Shown here: positions 27,061-40,782 of the stretch, piece after piece | Numbering within the stretch: position 1 is the stretch's first letter | Layout of the letters: every line of letters starts with the position of its first letter | NCBI GenBank assembly: GCA_951406725.2 | Contig: OX597820.1 | Span: 5,642,001 to 5,706,000, forward strand | Direction: 5' to 3' | DNA: 64,000 nt | From: Octopus vulgaris | Lineage: Eukaryota | The notes under the pieces: generated by a model | What the model was told of the DNA's origin: nothing | The model's input: only the letters and a program-made list of their open reading frames with translations | Database searches by the model: none | Translations under genes and position numbers: made by a program

Positions 27061-30000
27061 ATGTTAATAGAAATTACGATCGCAAATAAGCTCTCTCTTC
27101 TTTTACTCATTCCCTCTCTTAATCATTAGGTTCTAGTTTATCTTCTCTTTCTTCACCATCAACACCTATATTGTGTAACTAACCTGTTGTTTCTTTTTTT
27201 TTTCCTTTCTCCATCTCTCCATCGCATTTCACATACGCAGACCCCCGCCCCAACGCACACACGCATCTTATTTAAATTCTCAAGACTTTCACTAAAATTT
27301 GACAATATTCTGAAACAACGGCTACTTACCCCCCCCTTTTTTTTCCCTCCCTAAACGCCGCTGCACGCTGTGTGGTGCTGTTGTGTTACACCCAATTGGT
27401 CCGTTTCATCTACATCACTACGGTACTGTCAAAGATACTTTCACATTGGAACCGTTTCACAGAGATTAACAGAATTCTTCATGAAATATTTTAATCTGTT
27501 CTATCTTCTCCTTATTGTGCCGCACCTGTACAACTTAGTCTTCCACTCCACTGCTTCTAATCAATTCATTTTCGTAGACTTCTCATTAACATTCTTTCCT
27601 GTTCTTTCTTAAATCATGTCCATGAAATTTAAAGACTTCTTCTTCATCTTCTTATTCCAGAATCTTAAAAGGACAACATCAAATGCTGACAGAACACCCT
27701 GCTCCAACTATCTCCCACCGGCTGTAGTATGATATACTTCATTATTTTCTCAGTGTAATCGAAGACTTCTGAAAGAGAAAAAATGAAATTAAATAAAAAA
27801 AAAACCTTTGCTGTGATACAATATTTGAAATATGAAAGAATTTGACTGAAGTGTGGTATGTAAATACTTACGGCATAAGTGTCCGTGTGCGCGTATGTGT
27901 CTTTGTTTGTATGTGTGTGAGTATGTGCGTGTGAGTGTTATATAATTTACATGGCTTTCGGGTTTTATAGACCCCGGTTTTAATTCAATGGCATCACCTT
28001 TGGTAGTCTTTTAAGTCATGAATTTGGAACCCAGAAACGGAAAGTAGACATTTGAGATTTGTCGAAATGTATGTGTGTGTGTGTGTGTGTGTGTTTGTCT
28101 ATGCATATATGTTTGTGTATGTGTGTTATTTAAAGCATCACACTATAGCCATTTCAAGCAATATAGGTCTTGTCTTTGTATGTGATATATTTCTTGGTAT
28201 TACAACGTTTCTCAGCCAAAATTGCTTCCACCTAGATCACATCTTCAGAAAGAAGTGTTTTAAAGCGTGCTCTGTATGTCTCTTATATAATTAATGCTTA
28301 TCATTGATAATATGGAGAATATATTCTGACCTTTGGGATGCTGTGTAAAAATAAGATACGCAGGAATCTGATTACTTTTGATAAGACACTTTGGTTAGTT
28401 TTATTAGTAATTGTAAATAGAGATCAAGCGGGATTACTCCCTTCTGATTAACGATCATTCGTGTATATGACCTTCCCGCTAGGGGGAATTAGCGGCGTGT
28501 AGTTACAATAGTGTCACATGAGAAATGGTCACTGTGTGATGTTCAATGTCCCTTCCGAAAGGAGCAATCTAGGAGAATTCTTGTTGTCTACGTATACCTC
28601 TTCGTAACGGTGTATGGATATATGCATGTGTGTGTGTGTGTATTTAATTTGTGTATATCAAAACTGGCGGGTAAGTTCCTGTGTATGTTTCTGATGTGTG
28701 TGTGTGTGTGTGTGTGTGTGCTCCTCGACATCTCAACGCCTTGTTTATCACCAAAAGTTATGACTGGTACTTCCCCGCTCCGCCTCCACTAGGAACACCT
28801 TCTGTCCACCATCGTCCACTCACTCTTCAATATAGCCACCGCAATCATCTCATCATCTCGCACCCCAACAATACATTTTCTCCTCCCACCCAAATCCATA
28901 AATGCAATCCAACTTGAAACTGTCTCCAACTGTCCTTATTCTAAATTTGAAATTGAATTTTTGCTTCTAATATAGTAAATTTCTTTAAATTTAGGGCGAC
29001 TTTTAAGATTAATGTTACGGTTCATGTTTCTGTTTAATTCCAAGTAATTTCTGATGGACGAGTCCTACTGTGACCACCTCATCTGTTTCTCAGACGCAAT
29101 GTTTGTAGAACAACATTATCCAATCTGTCCTTCATTCGCTTGTTTAAATTAGATTTTATTGCTATTTCAAGTAACTAGAATGACCACCAAGACGGAGATT
29201 AATGATTGCCATTGTCTTCAACATCTGAAATAACTGCAGTTGGCTTACATGTTGTAATTAAGAAATATTAGGAGTTCATTAATATTATTGTCTAGTTGAG
29301 CATACAAGAAAGCCATTACTGAACGTTTGTAGATTATAAAGATCCGTCAGCTGCTATAAGGCCCTCAGTTTGGCAAGGTCGGTATTATGAAACCCGTTAA
29401 GTAAAAGTTTCATAAAAGAATATTGACAAGCACTTACACAACACATGCTTTATAGATTCAGAAGATAGCTTCTGGTTTTAAATAGTATATCTAGCATTCT
29501 ATTTTCTATAATTATTTGTTGATTTTCTTTGATCGACATTACTTTTCTGCCAAATCATGGTATAATTGGTCTTTAAAAATTAAAGCCTTGTCATAAACAA
29601 ACGAAGCACAACAGGAAGATCTTTTGGTGGCGATTAGATAGAAAATTTTGCAAAGAATGAGGAAAAAGCCAATGCAAATAAACCTTATATAATATTACAT
29701 AATAGTTTTCATTTTAAATTTGAAAATCTGCGTAAATAATTTAGTCTTTATAAATATTTTATTTCTTCTAAACGGTTCCGAATCAGATTAAGTTACTTAA
29801 ACGAGCCCCAAGAATTTCTTTTCTTTTCAACTTTTCCAGCAGCTCACTTCCCGATAGATTGTATCTAACTCATGTTTGTTTTCTGACCAAATTTTTATAA
29901 AGATCAGATATAACACCGATAGTTAAAGGAAGAATATAAATATACAATACGTCTTTCATTTATTTATTTAATTATTTATTTATTTATTGATGGTTCAAAA

Positions 30001-30464
30001 GCCGAATTTGAAATTTACATTTGTAAGCAAAACGAAGAAAATGATTTATGATTGAAATCTCGGTTTTAATGGCGGAAATAAACCGCCTTTATGTTTGTAT
30101 CAATGGTGTCTTTCTTTGGTATTCGCTGCAATTATTGCTTTTCAATCCCACACATGAGATATTTGGCAAAGATTGGAGAGGCGGAGAGACGAAACAGACG
30201 CTAAATGAAGGAGCCACATCCTGGCAAATACATAAACATAGAACGAGGAAGTAAGGGAAGCTAGATGGGAATTTAAATGTGATGGGGGGGGGGGGGTGTA
30301 AGAAAAATGTCGTACATACATAAGTACATATATACTTATATACATACGTAGATACATACAATACACACACACGAACACACATACACACATATATTTACAC
30401 ACACATATGCATTCATACGTATATATGTGTATGTATATGCGTATATATATATATATATCTATGC

Positions 30465-30516
<52 letters not shown>

Positions 30517-30844
30517 GTGCATGTAATATATGTATGTATGTATTTATATACGGATATGTCAGTGTGTGTGTGTGTGTGTGTGTGCAGTTACAATGATTCG
30601 AAAACAATCGCTCGTTATGTAAATATAGTTTTCATTCAACAGGTTCGCTTAGATGTTTCTTTGCCATAAAACATTTCGAGTTTTTTTAAATTCATTTGTT
30701 GTTGTTTTTTTCTATGTCAGTATTTTCTCTGATTTTATCTTTTACTTATTTCAGTCATTGAACTGCGGCCCTACTGGGTCACCGTCTTCAATAAGTAAAT
30801 TACTTATTCTATTTATTAGTCTTTTTTGCCGAACCTCTAAGTTA

Positions 30845-31830
30845 CAAGAATATGAATGGAAGACTCCACCCGAGGGCAGGAGTAGCAAGATTATACCTAC
30901 CTCGAAAAAAAGACGGAAGAGGGTTAATATCATTAGAAGACTGCGTGGAGTTAGCCGGAGTAGATATAAACCCCTGTGTAGGTAATAGTGAATTAGGTTT
31001 CTTAAGAGCTGCTAGAGTCACAGCAAGACGTAGGTAAACCAAAAACCCAAACGAAGTTAAGAACCAGAAAAAAGAACAGAAATTATGTGACTGGCAGGAG
31101 AAGGCGTTTTGTAGATTCCCAAAGATAGTTACATGAAGTAGTAGTAATGAGGCATGGTTATAGTTGTAGGAAGGAAAGCTGAAGAATGAGAAGAGACATT
31201 TGTTAGTAGCTGCACAAGACCATTCATTAAGGACTAATTGGATAAAAGTCAAGTAGATTGCCAATGTAGATTATGCAAATCAAAAGAGGGAAGCATTACT
31301 CATATAGTAAATGAATGTATCATGATAGTAGAGAAAGGATACAAGAAAAAACATGACAATCTAGGGAGTGCAATCCACTGGGAACTATGTAGAAAGCTAG
31401 GACTTGGATATACTAATAAATGGTATGAACATGAACTACAAAATTAAAAAAAATATTAGATGTTGTGGGAGAATAGAATAGTGCCAGATAATTGAGAATA
31501 GAGAGTGTCATCCCAAATGATGAAAAGATTCATATGTGAAGTATAGAAAAAAATTGCAAAGTACTAGGACCTAGCCATTGAACTGCAGAGACTATGGAAA
31601 GTGCGGGTAAAATGTATCCCAGTTGCTATAGGTGCATTGAAATCTACTCCTAAAGATCTGAACAGATGGAGTAAATAGGCGTAAAACCCAGTTTAGTACA
31701 GCTGCAGAGAACAGTGTTATTAGTCCAGGATACTTAATGGGATTTTGGCATCTAAGGTTACTTGTAACCCGATGTTAGGATGTTTTCTTTTCCAACAGTC
31801 TAAGTTGTGTGCATAATGAATAATAATAAA
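30845..31830 (+). mobile_element. 5'-truncated R4/Dong non-LTR retrotransposon with (TAA)n tail
   Basis: LHPRAGVARLYLPRKKDGRGLISLED..; CRLCKSKEGSITHIVNEC..YKKKHDNLGSAIHWELC (CCHC); ..KY*DLAIELQRLWKV..IPVAIGAL; ends AATAATAA; homologous to 45520-47035. Confidence 0.9.
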
Positions 31831-31898
31831 ATAATATGTTAATTTAATATAATAAAATAATATAATAGATTTAATTAAAATGGTGTTTTTATTTCCAG

Positions 31899-32004
31899 GC
31901 TGATAAGAACTGGGATGAGGTGGCGAACAGGGCGGTCAGTCTTACCCAGAAATGGACTGAGAGGTCGGGCAGAATTGCTTACATCGCTTCCGTTATCAAA
32001 ATTC
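31899..32004 (+). CDS. Candidate isolated host-gene exon (ADKNWDEVANRAVSLTQKWTE..), product unknown
   Basis: Strong acceptor GTTTTTATTTCCAG|G, GC-richer open frame inside very AT-rich flanks; possible donors at 31964 (GTCGGG) or 32005 (GTAACT); end uncertain. Confidence 0.3.
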
Positions 32005-32327
32005 GTAACTTGTCATTACTGCTTTAATGGAAGTTAAAATGTATGTTAATATAGGTGATAAAAGTTTCCTAATCTTAAAGAGTAATAATAATAAAAGTGT
32101 TTAATAAATTAATACAAATAAAATTTTAATTTTTGTTAAGGTTACTGTAATTGTAATAATGTTTTCTTCTCTAATAATAATTGTAGTCCTGGGGGAAGAA
32201 AAGACCTGGCACCTAGAATGTCGCTGTCAGTGGCTAACACCCCTCTACCAGCTGGGCAATGGGATCGGGGATGTTCCGCTCTAGAAATTTTTACAGGATT
32301 AGTGGCAAAATTAAATGAAATCATTAC

Positions 32328-32409
<82 letters not shown>

Positions 32410-32439
32410 TTATTATTAGTAGTAGTAGTAGTAGTAGTA

Positions 32440-32491
<52 letters not shown>

Positions 32492-32779
32492 ACACACATA
32501 TTACTTTGTGCGTGTGTAAAACGAATTTGATTCATGTTATGGATACATAGGTTGTATACACACATACCCACACACACATATATATCTATGTGTGTGTGCG
32601 TGTGTATATATATATATATATATTCCACAATAAAACTCTATAATCCATACCTATTTAAATATACCACAGAAAAAGTATTCGCACATATTAAGTATAGCAT
32701 TCCAAGCTCGTAGAATAATTAATATTTAGAATCCACTAAAGCAGTATTAAAAATTCGTACAAAGAACTATATAATATTT

Positions 32780-33400
32780 AGAACATATAAAGATAGTACC
32801 GTGGGATTCTTTTAAATCTTGACTCATGCGGCATTTGAGAGCTATTTCCCAATGTATATAGGAAAATTTGGTATTATTTGTTAATGTAAACGCGCAAATT
32901 GAAGGGCTCGTATGCAAACGATACCTTCGCTTTTTTACTATAACTGTGTAGGAGTATCTTCTATATGTCGACTGACACCAACTTCTCTTTTTATAAAATT
33001 AGGATATAAAACCTTTAAGTTGAGCCAGAACGAAATATATTCTTGCTTGGATATATCAGAAAAATTTTAGATTTAAAATATTATTTTTGAGCCGCATATA
33101 TTATAAACCTAATATTTTGCACCAGAGAATGTAACTGTTTTCATATTTCTCCTTTATCTAAATACCAACTGTAAGAATGACTTCAGCGTTTCAGTCTAGA
33201 TTTTGTCACATGACTGTTTGAAAATTGGTAAGTAAGTCAACGACAGAAACCTATGGTGAAGTGATTTTTGACGTGCGTGTTAGCTCATATTTGCAAAAGA
33301 ATCGTTGCTCCAATGAATTTACTTTTTCTGTAGTTTCGGTCAATTAAACAAGCTTAGCTTGATAAAAAGATAAATATATAAAATATTATTCCTCCATCTA
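32780..33400 (+). pseudogene. Decayed PLE fragment
   Basis: Nucleotide similarity to the minus-strand PLE at 43560-44030 (AGAACGAAATAT..ATCAGAA..TTTTAGATT; AAACCTATGGTGAA; AAGAATCGTTG; AACAAGCTTAGC). Confidence 0.5.
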
Positions 33401-33970
33401 ATGAGTGGTCTTCGTTCGAGAAGCATTTTTATATTTTGAGAATTTAAACACATTATATGTTTATGTATGAAATATATATATATAGATATATCGATTATCC
33501 ACAAAAATATATCTAAAAATTATTTAATGCGTTTTATAAAAACCCATAAGACAGATAAGTTTTAGCGTGACTTCACTTGTTAAAATTTACATCCAGAGAT
33601 ATTCAAAATATATATGAAAATAGTTTGATGTATATATTTTGACATATATATTTATCTATATGTATTTATGTATTTATTTTTAATGATGTAAATACAAACA
33701 CACAAAAATAGAAAATTTGTAATTTCAGTACATCATGTTTAATCAGTATGTAGCGTGATTTTCGGTTTTGTTGAATTTCTGTTTATATTTATATATAATA
33801 TGTATATATGTATATATACCATATAGTATTTATATATAATTACTCGTGTAAACACAGAATAATAAATTATAATATATACATATGTATATTTCTCTTATTC
33901 TTTTATTCTTTTCTTTCAGTTTCTTATTCTATTTCACAAATTATCTTTTTATACTTTTTTATATATATAT

Positions 33971-34010
<40 letters not shown>

Positions 34011-34216
34011 AACTAACATACATATCATATCACACACACACACACACACACATATTATGTCTTTTCATTTTTTATTGTTATTCATTATTATATTGTGTTA
34101 TATAATGCATACATTAAACATGTATATATACGAACACATTGCTTCATGTACTTACTTTATATAATACAGTATGTGTGTATAATATACATGGGGGTGGTTA
34201 AAATATCATATAATAT

Positions 34217-34262
<46 letters not shown>

Positions 34263-34266
34263 TATA

Positions 34267-34338
<72 letters not shown>

Positions 34339-34344
34339 ACCTTT

Positions 34345-34561
34345 CAATATGTGACCTCGTGAGTACCGCTGGCGATTTTTTTCCTCTGTCTTCCCTTCTC
34401 TGGATCTTTCCTTCTACTATGTTTCTGACGAAGAGCTCCGCTCGAAACGTTAAACCCTCCTTCTTCCCTTCTTTCCTGAGCGTCCAATAATACTATATTT
34501 GTTGCACGTCCTTGTGTTGTTGTGTTTTTTTTTTTTTTTTTGTGTTTTCTTGTTTGGATTA

Positions 34562-34567
<6 letters not shown>
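34345..34567 (+). mobile_element. PLE-type non-autonomous terminal repeat between (TA)n runs
   Basis: Homologous to 48440-48650; carries a minimal hammerhead. Confidence 0.75.
34421..34455 (+). ncRNA. Minimal type I hammerhead ribozyme (PLE type)
   Basis: GUUU-CUGACGA-A-GAGC-UCC-GCUC-GAAA-CG-UU-AAAC: stem I GUUU:AAAC, stem II GAGC:GCUC, palindromic AACGUU stem III. Confidence 0.8.
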
Positions 34568-34607
<40 letters not shown>

Positions 34608-35039
34608 CATACATATGTATATATACATACATACATATATACATACATCCATATGTGTGTGCGCGTGTGTGTGCATCATCGATCAGTTAGAGTAGTATTC
34701 ATTAATGTTCATATTGGTCAATAATCGACCATTTTCATCGATCTTCCATGGGAGTCTATTATCTTCACGGCAGTGTTTATCGCTGTGCGTTGATGCCTGC
34801 GTCGGTCTATTAACGTCTGTTTACAATGGGTAAGTTAGTGTTAACATATTCAGGAAGTATAAATAATAATGAGATGGAGAGACCAGCAGAGAGAGGGAGG
34901 GGGAAAGAGAGAAAGAGGGAAGGAGAGATTGAGAGATTCTGAGAGAGACAGAGAGAGGGAGAGTGAGTGAGTGAGTGACAAGCAATAACAATATAAGGTT
35001 ATATTCAGGAAGTATAATATGTAATATGCACACATACCA

Positions 35040-35191
35040 GGTAGGAAGGCGAGAGTGGTGAAGTTGACAATTGTTTCCTTTAATGGAGTTCCAGGTTCAG
35101 TCTCACTGTGTGGCACCTTGGGCAATTGTCTTCTACCATAACCCCGGGGCGAACCGAATCCTTGTGAGTGAATTTGATTGACGGCGGAAGC

Positions 35192-35244
<53 letters not shown>

Positions 35245-35540
35245 CACACACATATACACATATGTATATATTTGTATATATATATATATATGTGTGCAAG
35301 TGTGTGTGTGTCTGTGTGTTTGTGTGCGTGCGTGCGTGTATGTATGTATATACCGATGTGTGTCTGTGAACAAGTCTTAATTTGTGTACGTCCCCGTAAC
35401 TTAGCTGTTCGTCAAAGGAGATGGATGGAGTAAGCGTCATACTGCAGGAAATAAGTACTGGTAGGAATTATTTCGACTAAATGTTTTGAGTTGGTGCTCC
35501 AGCATGACTGCAGCCAAATTCCTGAAAAAGAAAAAGATAG
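35040..35540 (+). mobile_element. SINE family A (diverged)
   Basis: GGTTCAGTCTCACTGTGTGGCACCTTGGGCAA..; tail GGTGCTCCAGCATGACTGCAG. Confidence 0.75.
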
Positions 35541-36129
35541 AAAATACATTGTACAGAGGACATGAAAAATAAAGGTAGAAATCTTTATTTGGTAGCATGA
35601 AAATGGAGGAAGCAGAAGGGTAGTTGGATAGACAGACAAACGGACAAAGACAGGTTGAGAGGCGGACAAAGAGACAGAGAATTCGGTTAGAGTTGACTTA
35701 TTCTAGGATTGAAATATTGGAGGCATAAAGAATCTATAAAACAAACATGTCGTGAGATAGATAACCAGAAAGACTGACAAACGGACAGGCGGACAAACGG
35801 ACAGATAAACAGTCAGTCAGACAAAATGGCCGTCAGACAAACAGACAGACTAAGAATTAAGTTTGTGGTAACGTGTAAAATTGTTGGCAACATTAAAATT
35901 TTTATTCTAAATAATTATGTTGTGAGACAGACGACCGAAATATCCGACCGACACAGAAATACATTTTAATAGACACAAAGAGATAGCCTGAACTAAAGAG
36001 ACAGAACATGAGTTAGCATTAAATACAAGGAACTTTATAAATTCAATTATAAATAATTTTGTGGTGAGAAAAAAAGAACGGCAAAACTATTTAATGCATT
36101 TTATTATTTCAATTTATCCAAAAGACAAG

Positions 36130-36665
36130 ACGCGCTTTTACCTATCTCTTCTCAAAGCTCGTTTATCCAGCGTTCGCTACTTCACCTCGTCTTGGCTTAA
36201 CGACCCTCACCGTTTGTTTTTACTGTTTCATTCCTGTTTTTGTTGCCACTCTAACCATCCGCAAAAAATCCCAAATTTAATTTGCTTTGCGGGAAGGACT
36301 GTTTTAACGAAGTCGCGTCTTGTCCCTAACTTCGGAACGTGGAGTAGATAAAACAGGGGACAACTGATGAAGGGGTTCTTTTATGTTGCCTGTGTGTTTT
36401 CTTTTCGAAAAATCTTTTCTATGTTTTTTTTATGTTCTCGTTCTTACTTTTGATGTTGTTTCAAAACAAATATTTTTATATGTGTGTTTATGTTCTCGTT
36501 ACTCATTTTGTCTACGTTCTTTTGATGTCCTGTACACATATATGCAAGTATGTAGACATATATATGTAGATATGTACATATATGTATGTATATATGCGTA
36601 TATTTATAGATTATTTTATTATTATGTGATCGAACGCCACGCATCCATTTCCAAGTAAGTTTTAT
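36130..36665 (+). mobile_element. Ribozyme-bearing repeat family B, copy 2
   Basis: Colinear with 16490-17228. Confidence 0.75.
36314..36375 (+). ncRNA. Non-circularly permuted hammerhead motif (family B, GAAA changed to GGAA)
   Basis: CGCGU-C-UUGUCCC / UAA / CUUC-GGAA-CGUG / linker / GGGACAA-CUGAUGA-A-GGGG. Confidence 0.6.
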
Positions 36666-36710
36666 TTATCTATCTATCTATCTATATGTATGTATGTATG
36701 TATGTATGTG

Positions 36711-36792
<82 letters not shown>

Positions 36793-36881
36793 GGAGAGTT
36801 CACGAAAAAAACAAAAAACGAAGACATGTGGTGTAGAAAACAAACAGGTGTATTAGTATAACGCTCAGGAATAGAAAAAGT

Positions 36882-36916
36882 CTTTTACGTTTCGAGCCTA
36901 CGCACTTCTACAGAAA
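36882..36916 (-). ncRNA. Variant minimal hammerhead-like motif in a PLE-type repeat (36790-37005)
   Basis: Minus strand: UUU-CUGUAGA-A-GUGC-GUAG-GCUC-GAAA-CG-UA-AAAG; core deviates (CUGUAGA). Confidence 0.5.
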
Positions 36917-37034
36917 GGAACACAGAAAAAACAAGGAGAGAAAAAAACAAGGAGAGAAACAAGGAGAAAAAAATGTGTGTAATGCCTACCGATCTATCAT
37001 GGCGACTATATATATATATGTATATATATAACAC

Positions 37035-37077
<43 letters not shown>

Positions 37078-37329
37078 CACAGGGAAGAGAGGCGGAACGA
37101 GAGAGAGAGGGAGAGAAATAGAGAGACAGATATTGACCTGAAATATGGTGTCTGCAGTTTATGAGTTCGATCGATCACCTGATGACAGGTGCAATGATAA
37201 TCATTGTTGTTGTTGTTGTCATTGCTTCTGGTATTGTTGTTGTTGTTTTTGCTGTTCTTAGTCATTTTGTTTAACCCTAGGTCAGCCCTGACTGGAACAT
37301 GTATTTAAAGAAATTTTAGCCATGTCCAT

Positions 37330-37534
37330 CTTTTAGTTGTTTCAGTCATCATTAGACTGCGGCCATACTGGAGGGCACCGCCTTAGATTTTTAGTTGAAC
37401 GAACACCAATGCTTATTTGTTAAAGCCTGCTATTTATTCTATCGGTCCCTTTTTCCTGAACCGCTAAGTTACAGGAACGTAAACACACCAACACCAGTTT
37501 TCAAGTGGTGTTCGAATCAAACACAGAACACTCA

Positions 37535-37600
<66 letters not shown>

Positions 37601-37757
37601 CAGGCTTCTTTCAGTTTCTGCTCATAAAATCCACTCACAAGGCTTTGGTTTCCCCGAGGCTATAGTAGAAGACACTTGCTGAAGGTGCCACTCAGTGGGA
37701 CTGAGCTCGGGACCATATGCTTGGGAAGCAAGCTTCTTACCACACAGCCACGCCTAT
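37330..37757 (-). mobile_element. SINE family A
   Basis: Similarity to 722-1141. Confidence 0.8.
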
Positions 37758-38674
37758 ATGTCCATCGAATGTTTTTTTTTTTCAAGTAGCTTGGTTTATA
37801 TTATTCTATGTGCTTTACATCCAGCAGGAGCTGAATCGTGGTAGACATAGCTGCTATTTCTAGCATGTTGTGTGACCTGGTAGAAGGCTGGTGGTTATTT
37901 GGTGACAGGTGTTGTGAATTTGAGCGTTGAAGATCGTATAACGAAAAGCTATAATAAAGAAAAGAGGAGTCAACGGCTGTGGCATAGAATGACCGAATAT
38001 TCTGGATGCTTGACTACACCCACCACCAACTTCACGCTGGAGTGCATGAAATATATGAGGCATCTACACGGTCATGTCATTTGCTTGAAAGAGCAGCCAA
38101 ATTTCCACCAAATCACTTCCTACTGTCTTGAAAATGTGAAACGATCACGTATACGTCCATGTAGTTTTTCATATACAAAAGTACGAATAGTCACGTCTGG
38201 AACGCTTTCCATTGGTTCAAACTGCTACGGTTGAGCAACAAACATCGAGAGATCTTCCGTGAGCTCACACAACTGCCTAGAAATAGCAACCAAATCGATT
38301 TCAAATTTCAGCATTGGGTCTTTAAAAAGAGTAAGAATATATCACAAAATGGGGGAAGGAGTAAAGTATATTTGCAAAGACATGATGGCCATGGACGGCA
38401 GAAATAGCTCACAATTTTTTTGTTCTTTTCTATGTGTCTGATCTTAAGCAAAAGTACGGGCCCATAAACTTAGCGGTTCACATGAGATTGCTGAGGTCGA
38501 CGTGGTTGATATCGTCCTTAGTAGTGGTTAATAAGATATTTATGGACAGGAAATAATATGGATGATGAGAGAGAGGAAAGGAGAGTTAGTGAGGGTTGCT
38601 TGAGAGGTGGTGAAACGAGGCGGTCAACGCCACTCAAAGACGCAACGAAACCTGGTAGTAAATATATATATGTT

Positions 38675-38900
38675 TCTTTATTACCCACAAGGGGCTAAAC
38701 ATAGAGGGGACAAACAAGGACAGACAAACGAATTAAGTCGATTACATCGACCCCAGTGCGTAACTGGTACTTAATTTATTGACCCCGAAAGGATGAAAAG
38801 CAAAGTCGACCTCGGCGGAATTTGAACTCAGAACGTAACGGCAGACAAAATACGGCTACGCATTTCGCCCGGCGTGCTAACGTTTCTGCCAGCTCGCCGC
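38675..38900 (-). mobile_element. SINE family N, single unit
   Basis: Full head-to-tail similarity to other family N copies. Confidence 0.85.
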
Positions 38901-39670
38901 AGAGAGAGGAGACATTCACATCTGTGGGGCACAGGCTGAAGCGTTAAGGTGAGCGTCTTTGAGTGCTCCAGTTGCGTATCTATTGAAGTACACAGTCACT
39001 ACCTATGCTCTCTGACAATGTCCATGAGTATGTATACCTTTATATAATATGCATGTGTGTGCGTGCGTGTGTGCATGTATGAATACACATGCTTATATAT
39101 GTATGTGTGTGTGTGGATATTCTTATGCACAAATATATAATCAAATGTACATATGTAAGTCTGTATATCTGTATATGTGTACACACTGGTTTGGTGTTGA
39201 TTGTATGTGTTTACATCGACAAATTTTCAAAGACGAAGAACAAAAATACAAGAACTCAACTCGAGTTATAATAGTAAGTAAAATAGTAATATTTATAGTG
39301 CAGAATGTTATTGTTTCAGTTAAGAATATCTGCTTTCACTCATTCCAGTATTTCTTCGGAAACTAACAGTCTTGAGCCACTAAACGCAGTTCAGTTATTT
39401 CAAAATATTTGTTTGTGAATCAGACATCCACAGTAATTGGTGCTGTGATCGAATGTGACTTTTTAGCCCAGCTAAAGATCTACAATGTCTTGTACAGAAT
39501 TGGCAACTAAAATCTTTAGCGGCAATAGCCGGCTGTAGTTTTAACTGGGCTTCATGTATCTTTGCATGTCATTTAAGTCATCCTGCCGAATTACACTCTC
39601 TTCCACATGCCTGACAGATATGATTAGTATGGTGTGTAACACCACCACCAGTGGCCAGGTTGTCACTCAT

Positions 39671-39780
39671 CTATCTCGCTTTATGACTACGAAGATGACT
39701 CTTGAGTCCAGCTTTACTGAGGCAGGGTCTTGCACAGACACTGCATGTCAACATCATAGGAAGACCCTTCCCATCTGGTA
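39671..39780 (-). pseudogene. RTE-clade LINE 3' terminal fragment
   Basis: LTCSVCARPCLSKAGLKSHLRSH* C2H2-like terminus typical of RTE ORFs. Confidence 0.65.
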
Positions 39781-39836
39781 ACATGTAACCTAGTACATAC
39801 ATAATACATACATACATACATACATACATACATACA

Positions 39837-39867
<31 letters not shown>

Positions 39868-40357
39868 TTATTGTTCTTTAACGAGGTGAGTATTAAGTGG
39901 AAGTTTCGGTGAGACCGATGATGGCTTAAGCTAGTCGAAACTTCGAAGTCACTGTCAAACATATTCTTCTTAATTAATGATAAATGTATAATAAAAAAAT
40001 ATTGAGCAATCCTTCAGTTAAATGTAAAATAGCTTTAATAATAACTTCACATCAAAACAGACCTAAACACATTCATATTTATATATTATATTTATATATT
40101 CATGCATACAGTTTCAACATCTACGCATCAGAGCCAGCGAGTTATTTACTCCATAAACATAAGAACAAGAACAACAACAGCAATATTTTCTTAGTTATGC
40201 CACATATTCTACATTGACCACCACAACACGTCCATTGTATTCTGTTATTTAATTCTTGATCACGCAATATGAAACACACATGCTTGCACAAATGCATACG
40301 CCCATTACATGTATGTCAGTACGTAAGCATACCGACTATCCTGTATGTATGTAATAC

Positions 40358-40398
<41 letters not shown>

Positions 40399-40708
40399 CG
40401 TGTGTGTCTGTCTGTCAGTCAAATCAGTTTCCATATATATATATAAATATATATGAACACTGACAGATTGGCAGATAGGTTGATCGATCGATAAATAGAT
40501 AGATAGATAGATGGACGTATATAACCTCTAGCCAAAAACCGACGTTCACCTTTTCGTCTCAGGGAAGGGTACCGACCGAAAGATTCACCAGCATGGAACG
40601 AAAACTATAAACTATAGTACACATATAATATACCACTAATTCTCCGTCTTCGCACCCAAATGTACATCCACCCAACACATACGTATATATGTACAACATA
40701 TACATACA

Positions 40709-40782
<74 letters not shown>

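Noticed and set aside
29320-29700. Further PLE-like coding relic
   Set aside because: Only faint motif resemblance; not supportable without an alignment.
32185-32280. HDV-like ribozyme suggested by GCTGGGCAATGGG and GGCTAA
   Set aside because: I could not build the nested double pseudoknot pairings by eye.
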